Assembly: GCA_012798435.1 (NCBI GenBank) | Contig: JAAZNF010000028.1 | Location: 15,362 to 79,361, forward strand | Length of the DNA: 64,000 bases | From: Myxococcales bacterium | Lineage (GTDB): Bacteria > Myxococcota > B64-G9 | Direction: 5' to 3' | In this document: piece by piece, positions 35,727 to 44,400 of the stretch | Layout: every line of letters starts with the position of its first letter | How positions within the stretch are numbered: position 1 is the first letter of the stretch | Made by a program: the position numbers and the translations under genes | Notes under the pieces: generated by a model | Seen by the model: the letters and a program-made list of their open reading frames with translations, nothing else | What the model was told of the DNA's origin: nothing | Databases searched by the model: none

Positions 35727-37088
35727 ATGAGCGGACGCTTCCTGTGCATTTCGATCGCGGCGCTCTCGCTATCGGTGTTCTCTTGCGACTCGTCGAGCGG
35801 CGTACGGCCGGTGAACTGCGAGCTCGACACGGATTGTCCCGAGGGCCAGGTGTGCAACCCCTACCGGGGAGTGTGCCTCACGGGCTGCCGCTCCCACGAA
35901 GAATGCCGCCGCGGCGAGATCTGCAACCCCTTCACCAGCCAGTGCATCATTGGCTGCCTCGAGTCCAGCGAGTGCCCCGCCGGGAAGATCTGCAGCGTCT
36001 TCACCGCGCAGTGCGTGCCGGGCTGCGACGAGGACGCCGACTGCCCGGAGGGCCAGCTGTGCAGCCCCATCACCGCGAGTTGCACAAACCCCTACACCCG
36101 CTGCCGCAGCGACGCCGACTGCCCCTCGGGCACCCGCTGCCAGGTGGAGAGCGGCGCCTGTCAGGTAGTGACGGTGGAGTGCACCGCGGACCGGGAGTGC
36201 CCGGTCGGCAAGCGCTGCCGTGACAACCTGTGCGTCACCGCCACCTGCGCCACCGACGCCGAGTGCCTCAACGGCGAGGAGTGTGAAAACGGCGTGTGCC
36301 AACCGCGCAGCGGCTGTATCACGGATTCCGAGTGCCTCAACGGCTTTCACTGCGAGAACGGGCAGTGCGTGGCCAACCCCGCCGGCTGCCAGCGCGACAG
36401 CGACTGCCCGCAAGGCCAGGTGTGCCAGGATGGCGACTGCGTGCCCGCGCAGACCGGCTGCACCCAGAACAGCGACTGCCCCGCGGGCCAGGTGTGCAAC
36501 CTGTTCACGCGCCAGTGCCAGGTGCAGAACACCGCCAACTGCCAGAGTGACGCCGACTGTCCGAGCGGGCTCACCTGCTCCTTCGGCTTCTGCACCGGTT
36601 GCTCATCCGCCACGGACTGCTTCCCCGGCCAGCAGTGCATCCTGGGGGCCTGCGTCGGCAACGCCACCACCACCTGCCAGACGGACGCCGACTGTCCCTC
36701 GGGCAAGCGCTGCCAGGACGGCCAGTGCGTCTCCGACAGCGGCTGCCAGAGCGACGCCGACTGCTCGTTCGGGCTCCAGTGCCAGTTCGGATTCTGCATC
36801 GGCTGCACCAGCGACGCCCAGTGCAAGCCCTCCGAGCAGTGCGTGCTGTACGCCTGCATCCCGCGCCTCGACAACCCCTGCGACAACGTGACCTGCCCGG
36901 CCGGCGAGCTGTGCGACCCGGAGAACGGCTCGTGCTACCCCGAGGACGGCACCTGCGTGGACGACACCGACTGCCGCGCCGGCCAGACCTGCAACGTCCT
37001 CCACTACTGCTCCGGCTGCCAGGCGGACGCCGACTGCCGCTCGGGCCAGCGCTGCGTCCTGCAGACCTGCATCCCCATCGGAGGCTGA
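35727..37088 (+). CDS. Cys-rich repeat lipoprotein (about 20 tandem [D/E]xDCPxGxxCxxxxxxC modules)
   Basis: RBS AAAAGGAGG. Lipobox MSGRFLCISIAALSLSVFSC. Repeats ELDTDCPEGQVCNPYRGVCLTGC / HEECRRGEICNPFTSQCIIGC / SSECPAGKICSVFTAQCVPGC and so on. The track ORF 35064.. is an upstream junk extension. Confidence 0.7.
   Translation: MSGRFLCISIAALSLSVFSCDSSSGVRPVNCELDTDCPEGQVCNPYRGVCLTGCRSHEECRRGEICNPFTSQCIIGCLESSECPAGKICSVFTAQCVPGCDEDADCPEGQLCSPITASCTNPYTRCRSDADCPSGTRCQVESGACQVVTVECTADRECPVGKRCRDNLCVTATCATDAECLNGEECENGVCQPRSGCITDSECLNGFHCENGQCVANPAGCQRDSDCPQGQVCQDGDCVPAQTGCTQNSDCPAGQVCNLFTRQCQVQNTANCQSDADCPSGLTCSFGFCTGCSSATDCFPGQQCILGACVGNATTTCQTDADCPSGKRCQDGQCVSDSGCQSDADCSFGLQCQFGFCIGCTSDAQCKPSEQCVLYACIPRLDNPCDNVTCPAGELCDPENGSCYPEDGTCVDDTDCRAGQTCNVLHYCSGCQADADCRSGQRCVLQTCIPIGG
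35800..37080 (+). repeat. Coding tandem repeat array (about 60-66 bp period) of Cys-rich modules
   Basis: Recurring gac tgc cc[n] [gag]gg[c] cag ... tgc codon pattern across the gene. Confidence 0.7.
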
Positions 37089-37284
37089 GGCGAACACCCG
37101 GCCCCCCGCTCGCGCAGAGGCGCGTTCTCGCACTTTTCACAACCCTGTGCCGCCGACCGCATGGGCCAACCACCGGGTGCAAAAGCGCGTCCGCGTGAAA
37201 GGGGAGCGTCTGACCGCCATGCCGCCAGAGCAAGCGCGGTCAGACGCGCACCTTGCTGCGGCCGAAGGTCGCGGCCGAAAACAT

Positions 37285-37569
37285 CTAGATGACAGGGCGG
37301 GGGATGCCGGACAGAGCCAGGTGCCAGCGCTCGCGACAGGTGGCGCACAGGCGAAAGACGCGCCTCTCGTGGACGCGGGCCTCCTCGGCGGCGATCTCGG
37401 CCTCGCCCATGGCGCGCAGCCGGTCGATGAGCTCGTCGAGCTCCGGCCGGCGGTCGCGCGCCAGGTCCTCTTCACTGAAAGACGGTGCCTCCGGCGCGGC
37501 GAAGAGCTCGACGCACAGCACGAAGGAACTCCAGGCGGCGACTTCTTGCCCGCATCCAGCGCAGCGCAT
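37285..37569 (-). CDS. Small zinc-ribbon-like protein (CxxC...CxxC), hypothetical
   Basis: MRCAGCGQEV...LCATCRERW has two CxxC pairs. GAGGAGGAGG lies 6 nt upstream of ATG 37567-37569. Surrounded by about 500 bp of non-coding DNA. Confidence 0.4.
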   Translation of the reverse strand: MRCAGCGQEVAAWSSFVLCVELFAAPEAPSFSEEDLARDRRPELDELIDRLRAMGEAEIAAEEARVHERRVFRLCATCRERWHLALSGIPRPVI

Positions 37570-37888
37570 GTGCGCCTCCTCCTCGAACACTGGAAAACAC
37601 CTTCTCGGGCATTTTTCAACCCTCGAATCCCGAGAATCTGACCGTACATCAGTTTTTTTTCCGACAATATTCTCTTCGGCGCGGCTGCTTAATGTCGGGT
37701 CCTCCTAACTGCTCGCCGCAGAGCCGGCTCCGCTGGATGGAGGACCCGCCTTGCGCGCCGCGCCACAACAAGTTCAACAATGCCTCAGTGGAATCATGGT
37801 ATATGTAAGGTACGATCAGCCCGAGAATGGCTTGTCCTGGGCCAGCAGGCGCGCTAGCATGGGCGCGGGTTGTCTCCGGAAGGTGCCG

Positions 37889-38878
37889 ATGGACCGCAGG
37901 AAGTTCTTGCAGACGCTCGGGCTGGCCTCCGCGGCCGCCGGACTCTCCAGCGCCGGCGCGGCCTGCGCCCGCTCCGCGGCCCAGAAGCCCGCCGGGGACG
38001 GCCGCAGCCGCGTGGCCCTGGTCACCGATCCCGGCGTGCGCCGGGGCGAGGAGATCGACGCAAAGCGCGTGGAACGATTGCTCCGGGCCACCCTCGAAAA
38101 GGCCCTGGGGAGCGCGAACCTGGCGGGCGTGCTTCCGGCGGACGAGGTGGTGGGCATCAAGCTCAACTGCCTGGCCGGCCGGCCGCTCTCCCCTGCTCTA
38201 CCGCTGGTCGAGGCCCTGATCAAAATCCTTTCAGACGCCGGCATCCCGCGCGAGCGGGTGATCGTGTTCGAGCGCGGCGAGCGCGATCTGCGCCGCGGCG
38301 GCTTCACCCCCGGCGAACACGACGGCGTCCGCTACCTGGGAAACGACAGCGCCGGCGCCGGCTACGAGGAGGAGCCCGAGATCTCCGGCCAGCTCGGCTC
38401 CTGCCTCTCCCGTATCCTCACCCGGCGCATCGGCGCCATGATCAACCTGGGCGTGCTCAAGGATCACAGCCTGGCAGGCCTGGGCGCGGGGACGAAGAAC
38501 CTCTACGGCCTCATCCACAACCCCAACAAGTACCACGACAACGGCTGCGACCCGTACCTGGCCGACCTGCTGGCCATGCCGGTGGTGCAGAAGAGGCTCT
38601 GCCTTACCATCCTGGACGGGCTCACCGCCCAGTGTCACGGCGGCCCCGGCTTTTCGCCCGCGCACGCCTGGTCATACAATAGCCTGCTGGCGAGCCGGGA
38701 CGTCATCGCGCTCGACCGGGTGGCCTGGGACGTCATCGAGGAGCGCCGCAAGCAGACCGGGCTTCCTCCGCTCGAGCGCGAGAACCGCGCCCCGCGCTGG
38801 TTGCGCACCGCTGCCTCGCGCGGCCTGGGCACCGACGAGATGATCCGCATCCTGGTGTTGCGCGAGGTGCTGTCGTGA
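37889..38878 (+). CDS. Tat-signal protein, DUF362-like (putative Fe-S / cofactor-binding) domain
   Basis: Twin-arginine motif MDRRKFLQTLGLASAAAGLSSAGAACA. RVALVTDPG...VVGIKLNCLAGRP...RVIVFER resembles DUF362. The stop overlaps the GTG of the next gene (GTGA). Confidence 0.6.
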   Translation: MDRRKFLQTLGLASAAAGLSSAGAACARSAAQKPAGDGRSRVALVTDPGVRRGEEIDAKRVERLLRATLEKALGSANLAGVLPADEVVGIKLNCLAGRPLSPALPLVEALIKILSDAGIPRERVIVFERGERDLRRGGFTPGEHDGVRYLGNDSAGAGYEEEPEISGQLGSCLSRILTRRIGAMINLGVLKDHSLAGLGAGTKNLYGLIHNPNKYHDNGCDPYLADLLAMPVVQKRLCLTILDGLTAQCHGGPGFSPAHAWSYNSLLASRDVIALDRVAWDVIEERRKQTGLPPLERENRAPRWLRTAASRGLGTDEMIRILVLREVLS

Positions 38879-40023
38879 AGCGGCGCGAGTTTTTTGCCCT
38901 GGGCGCCGCTCTGGGCGGCGGCCCCTGGCCTGCCACCGGCGCCGAACACCCGAGGAAAGACCCGCCGCGGGGCGGCACGACGCTGGCGCTGGACGGGGAG
39001 CGCCAGTTCTGGCGCGAGGCGGCCCATTACCAGAAACTCCCGGAGTCCAGGGTGGAGTGCCGCCTGTGCCCGCGCCGCTGCCAGGTGGCGGACCAGGAGA
39101 ACGGCTGGTGCGGCGTGCGCCTGAACGAGCGCGGCACCTACTACACCACCGTATTCGGCCGCCCGGTGACCATCGCCAACGATCCCATCGAGAAGAAGCC
39201 GCTGTTCCACTATAAGCCCGGCTCGCTCACCCTGTCGCTGGCCACCGCCGGCTGCAACTTCGAGTGCCTGTTCTGCCAGAACTGGGAGATCTCCCAGTTC
39301 CGCCCGGAACAGATCCCGGCCCGCTACGGCTTCGTCTCCCCCGAGGACCTGGTCGAGCTCGCGAAGCGCCAGGGCTCGCGCTCGCTTTCGTTCACCTACG
39401 CCGAGCCGGTGGTGTTCTTCGAGTACGCGCTGGCCACCGCGCGCGCTTCCAAGGCGGCCGGCCTCCCGGGCGTGATGATCAGCAACGGCTTCATCGAATC
39501 CGCACCCATGGACGAACTGCTCCAGGAGCTCGGCGCGGTCAAGATCGACTTCAAGGCCTTTGACGACAAGTTCTACCAGCGCCAGTGTCGCGGCACGCTG
39601 GAGCCGGTGCTGCGCACCATGGAGCGAATCCGCAAAGCCGGGGTGTGGCTCGAGCTGGTCCACCTCACCGTCCCCACCCTGAACGACGACGCCGAGCAGG
39701 CGAAGCGCCTGTGCGGTTGGGTCCTGGAGAAGCTCGGGCCCGACGTGCCGGTGCACTTCACCCGCTTCCACCCCACCTACAAGCTCAAGAATCTGCCGGC
39801 CACGCCGCCGGCGACGCTGGAGCGCCAGTACGACATCGCCCGCAAGGCCGGCCTGCGCTACGCCTACCTGGGCAACCTGCCCGGACACGAGGGCGAAAAC
39901 ACCCGCTGCCACGGCTGCCGCGAGACGCTCATCCGGCGGGTGGGCTTCACCGTGCTGGAGAACCGCCTCCGGGAGGGGAAGTGCCCGAAGTGCGGCGAGA
40001 AGATCCCCGGCGTGTGGAGCTGA
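38875..40023 (+). CDS. Radical SAM enzyme, AmmeMemoRadiSam (AmrS)-like, with unusual N-terminal twin-arginine-like extension
   Basis: CNFECLFCQNWEIS is a CxxxCxxC radical-SAM cluster motif. N-proximal VECRLCPRRCQVADQENGWCGVR and C-terminal CHGCRE...CPKCGE Cys clusters are typical of AmrS/PflA-like activases. The N-terminal 45 aa MKRREFFALGAALGGGPWPATGAEH look like a Tat signal. Confidence 0.8.
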   Translation: MKRREFFALGAALGGGPWPATGAEHPRKDPPRGGTTLALDGERQFWREAAHYQKLPESRVECRLCPRRCQVADQENGWCGVRLNERGTYYTTVFGRPVTIANDPIEKKPLFHYKPGSLTLSLATAGCNFECLFCQNWEISQFRPEQIPARYGFVSPEDLVELAKRQGSRSLSFTYAEPVVFFEYALATARASKAAGLPGVMISNGFIESAPMDELLQELGAVKIDFKAFDDKFYQRQCRGTLEPVLRTMERIRKAGVWLELVHLTVPTLNDDAEQAKRLCGWVLEKLGPDVPVHFTRFHPTYKLKNLPATPPATLERQYDIARKAGLRYAYLGNLPGHEGENTRCHGCRETLIRRVGFTVLENRLREGKCPKCGEKIPGVWS

Positions 40024-40025
40024 CC

Positions 40026-41096
40026 ATGCGCCTCCCCTGGCTCGTCGGGGTGGGAGCGCTGCTGCTTTCTTGCTGCTCTCGAGCGAGCCCGGACCTCCCC
40101 CAGCGCCTCATCATCGACTCGCACGTCCATCTATCGCCCGACCCGGAGTCGGTCGAGCGCGCCCTGCGCATCTTCGAGCGCAACGGCATCGGCCGCTTCT
40201 GCGTAAAGAGCGCCGGCCATTTCGGCTCGTCCCGCTTTCGCGCGACGCTGGAGCTGAAACGCAGGCTCGGCGACCGCCTGGCCTTCTTCAGCAACCCCGA
40301 CTTTGGCGGAGTGGACCGGCCCGACTTCGGCGAGGGCCTGGCCAAGAACCTGGAGGCCGCCGTGCGCGCCGGGGCGCGCGGCATCAAGATCTTCAAGGCG
40401 CTGGGGCTCTACGTGCGCCGGGCCGACGGCACGCTGCTCGCCCCGGACGATCCCGCCCTGGAGCCGCTGTGGCAGAAGGCCGGCGAGCTCGGCGCCATCG
40501 TGGCCTGGCACGTGGCCGATCCGCGGGCGTTCTTCCAGGCCCCCACTCCCGACAACGAGCGCTACCTCGAGCTGTTGTTCGCGCCGGGCTGGGGGTTCTA
40601 CGGCAAGGACTTCCCCGCCTTCGACACGCTGCTTGCCGCCGCCGAGCGGGTCATCGCCGCGCACCCCAAGACCACCTTCCTGCTCATCCACCTCGGCTGC
40701 GACGCCGAGAACCTCGAGCACGTCGACCGCATGCTGCGGGCCTACCCCAACCTCTACACCGACACCTCGGCGCGCGTGCCCGAGTTCGGCCGCCACCCGG
40801 CCGAGGCGGTGCGCGAGTTCTTCCTGCGCCACCAGGACCGCATTCTGTTCGGCTCCGACATCTTGATCGGGCCGGGCGAGCTGCAGCTCGGCTCGCTCTC
40901 CATCTGGCCAGACACCGACGAGGACGCGGACGTCTTCTACCGGGCACACCGGGAGTACTTCGAGACCGACCACAAGGCGCTGGCCACACCCACCCCCATC
41001 CAGGGCGCCTGGCGCATCGACGGCATCCACCTCCCCGAGGAGGTGCTGGAGAAACTCTACGTGAAGAACGCCGAGCGACTCATCTGGAAGCAATGA
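40026..41096 (+). CDS. Amidohydrolase-family (TIM-barrel metal-dependent hydrolase) lipoprotein
   Basis: ATG 3 nt after the radical-SAM stop. Lipobox MRLPWLVGVGALLLSCCS. IIDSHVHLSPD metal-binding HxH. Conserved H and D later (LIHLGCD, FGSDILIGP). Confidence 0.75.
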   Translation: MRLPWLVGVGALLLSCCSRASPDLPQRLIIDSHVHLSPDPESVERALRIFERNGIGRFCVKSAGHFGSSRFRATLELKRRLGDRLAFFSNPDFGGVDRPDFGEGLAKNLEAAVRAGARGIKIFKALGLYVRRADGTLLAPDDPALEPLWQKAGELGAIVAWHVADPRAFFQAPTPDNERYLELLFAPGWGFYGKDFPAFDTLLAAAERVIAAHPKTTFLLIHLGCDAENLEHVDRMLRAYPNLYTDTSARVPEFGRHPAEAVREFFLRHQDRILFGSDILIGPGELQLGSLSIWPDTDEDADVFYRAHREYFETDHKALATPTPIQGAWRIDGIHLPEEVLEKLYVKNAERLIWKQ

Positions 41097-41297
41097 GCCG
41101 TGGCACCCTGGCCGATCGCACAGCGGCCGAGCCCCCTCTCCGCTGCACCGCTCCCCCCTCTCCTCTATGGCTGTCTCTCAGTCACATTTCTAGGCGTCGC
41201 CTCCGCCCGACCTATACCGTCAAGGGTTTTCAATCGCTTCGCGACTCGCTGCGCTCGCCCTTGACGGCGGTCGGGCTTCGGCTGAAATCGCAATTGT

Positions 41298-41321
41298 GAA
41301 GAGCATGCAGGCATGCTCTTC
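41298..41321. repeat. Perfect 11-bp inverted repeat GAAGAGCATGC-ag-GCATGCTCTTC in convergent intergenic region
   Basis: Read directly. There is no downstream T-tract. A related GCATGCTC-containing hairpin (GAGGAGC...GCTCCTC) sits at 23108-23134 after another convergent gene end. Confidence 0.5.
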
Positions 41322-41474
41322 CTGCTCGAGGAAGACCCATTTCATTCAATCGAACGCCTGGTCGCGGGGCCACGGGAGCCAGCGCGACCTGGCGAAGGCG
41401 AACGCCGCCAACGCGGGCCCATAACGATACAAGTTAAAACAGGTTGGGCGGTGGTCGCCGGAGCGATGGCGGGG

Positions 41475-44400
41475 CTACTTGCGCCGCTTGATGCCGAGCA
41501 GGGACAGGCCGAGCAGCATGAGCAGGCCCGAGCCGCCGGAGGCTCCGGTGCCACACCCGCAGCCGCCGCCGCTGGTCTCCTCCTTGGGGCAGGCGACCTG
41601 GTCGTCGCTGTCGGTCAGCCCGTCGCAGTTGTTGTCGAGCTGATCGCCGCAGATCTCGGCGGTGTTCGGGTGCACGCCCTGGCGGGTGTCGTCGCAGTCG
41701 TTGCCGCAGGGCGGTTTCGCGTAGCCGTCGCCGTCGTCGTCGGGACAGAGGCAGTTCTTCTCGCGGCACTCCTGCCCGTTGCCGCACTCGATGCCGCAGC
41801 GGCCGCAGTTGGCCTCGTCGCTGGTGAGGTCCGCCTCGCAACCGTTGGCGGTCTGCCCGTCGCAGTTGCCGAAGTCGGCCTCGCAGCGGGTGATGACGCA
41901 GGCGGAGGCGTCGCAGGCCGACACCGCGTGCGCGAGGGCGCAGGAGGTGCCGCAGGCGCCGCAGTTCTGGGCGTCGCTGCGGGTGTCGACCTCGCAGCCG
42001 TCAGCCGCGTCACCGTTGCAGTCGGCGTAGCCGATGTCGCAGCTTCCCACCACGCACTGGCCCAGGTGGCAAGCAGCGGTGGCGTGCGATAGCCGGCATA
42101 AAACCCCGCAGGCGCCGCAGTTCTGGGCGTCCTCACCGGTGTGCACCTCGCAGCCGTCGGCGAGCGCGTGGTTGCAGTCGGTCCAGCCCTCGTCGCAAGC
42201 GGCGATGCCGCAGTAGCCACCGACGCAGTTGGCGGTGGCGTGCGCCGCTTCGCAGCGCCTGCCGCAGCTCCCGCAGTTCTCGGGATCGGTGCGGTAGTTG
42301 CTTTCGCAACCATCGGCCGGGTCGTTGTTGCAGTTGTTGAAGCCGCCGATGCAGCGATCGAGCTGGCACTGCCCACCCACGCACAGCGCCGAGGCGTTGG
42401 CGAAGGTGCAGGCATTGCCGCACTGGCCACAGTTTTCCGGATCCGAGCCTACCAGCGACTCACAGCCGTTGAAACCGGCCCCGTCGCAGTTGCCCCAACC
42501 CGTGGCGCAGGAGTCGATGGCGCAGTCCACGCCCTCGCAGTGCCCGGTGGCGTGGGGCAGACTGTTGCAGGTGCGGCCGCAAGCGCCGCAGTTCGCCGGA
42601 TCGTCCACCACCGGCTGCTCGCAGCCGTTGGCGGCCGCATGGTCGCAGTCGCCCCAACCCACCTCGCAGCTCGCCACCCGGCACTCGCCCGCCGCGCAAC
42701 CGGCGCTGGCGTGGTCGAGCGTGCACACGTTGCCGCACGAACCGCAGTTCTGCGGATCGGTGCTGGTCTGGACCTCGCATCCGTCGGACGGGCTGTCGTT
42801 GCAGTTGGCATATCCGCTGGCGCAGTTCCCCAACTCGCAGGTGCCGTTGTTGCACACGCCCGAGGCATGGTCGTAGGTGCAGGCGCTGCCGCAGGCGCTG
42901 CAGTGCTGGGCGCTCGAGGTGAGGTCGGTCTCGCAGCCGTTGGTGGCCACGCCGTCGCAATCGCCCCAGCCGGCCAGACAGCTCGTGCCGGGCTGGCATG
43001 TGCCACCGACGCACTGGCTGTCCATGTGCGGGTAGCCGCACACCACACCGCAACCACCGCAGTTGTCGACGTCGCTCTGGACCGAGGCCTCGCAACCGTT
43101 CGCCGGCAGACCGTCGCAGTCGCCGTAGCCGGCCTCGCAGGCACCGAGACAGGCGCGCACCATGTCGATGGTGAAGCCGTCGTAGGCGACCGAGCTGTCG
43201 CTGGTGAAGTTCACCTTCACGGTCGAGCCGGGGACGTTCGGCGACCAGAAGGGCTCGTACTGCCCGGTATAGGTCGCGATCTCGGAATCGTTACCGTCGA
43301 GCACGCGCACGAAGTCCCAGTTGCGCTCGACGTTGAGCATCGAGAAATGCACCGACATCACGCTGGCGCCGGGCCGGGTGATGGTCCAGGTGTTGTTGTA
43401 GTTGTGAGGATAGGGGTGTGGCGACTGCACGTCCTCTGCGCTGTCCTGGCAGGTGGAGGGGTAACACACGCCGTCGATACAGGAGTGACCGGTGGCGTGC
43501 GGCAGGTTGCACACGTTTCCGCAGGTGCCGCAGTTCTGCACGTCGGCGGTGACGTCCCGCTCACAACCGTTTCCGACGTTGCCATCGCAGTCGCCCCAAC
43601 CCGCCTCGCAGGTGCCGACGGTGCACTGGCCGCCGGCGCAGCCGCCGCTGCCGTGGGGCACCGGCCCGCAGGTGGGGTTGCCGCAGCCGGTCAGGCCGCA
43701 GTTCTGCGGGTCGATGAGCGGGTTGCTCTCGCAACCATCGGCAAAGTCGTTGTTGCAGTCGAACCAGCCGCTCTCGCAACCGGCCACCTGGCACATGCCG
43801 GCCACGCACTGGTTGACGGCGTGCGGGGCGGCGCAGGCGTGGCCGCACCAGCCGCAGTTCTGTGTGCTGCTTGCGGTGTTCGTCTCGCAGCCGTCGGGGC
43901 CGGTGGCGGGATCGTCGTCGCAGTCGCCCAGGCCCGGCGGGCAGCGCCCGGCGTCGCACCAGGTGATCGCATCGGCCACGAAACCGTTTCGGTTCACCGA
44001 GCTGTCGCTGGTGAGCCGCAGCTTGATGGTGTTTCCGGTCACCACGGGAGTGCTGAAGGCGCCCAGCGCACCCGAGTAGCTCGCCACCTCGACGTCGTTG
44101 GCGTCCAGCACGTGCACGAAGTCGTACCCCTGCTCGGTGTCGAAGGACGCAAAGTGTACCCCGATCACCACCGCGCCCGGCTGGGTGATGGTCCAGGTGT
44201 AGTCGAAGTTGTCGGCGTAGGGGTGAGCGCTCTCCACCACGGGGTTGAGCGCCGTCTGGTTGACCGCGACGACGCGGGCCCGGTCGGGGTTGGAGATGAG
44301 GCCGGTCGAGTCGGTCACGGTGAGGATGCCCTGGTACTCGCCGCACACGTCGGCGTCGAAGGTCGGCGCCGGAGCGGTCGTGCTGGAGAGGACGGCCGAG

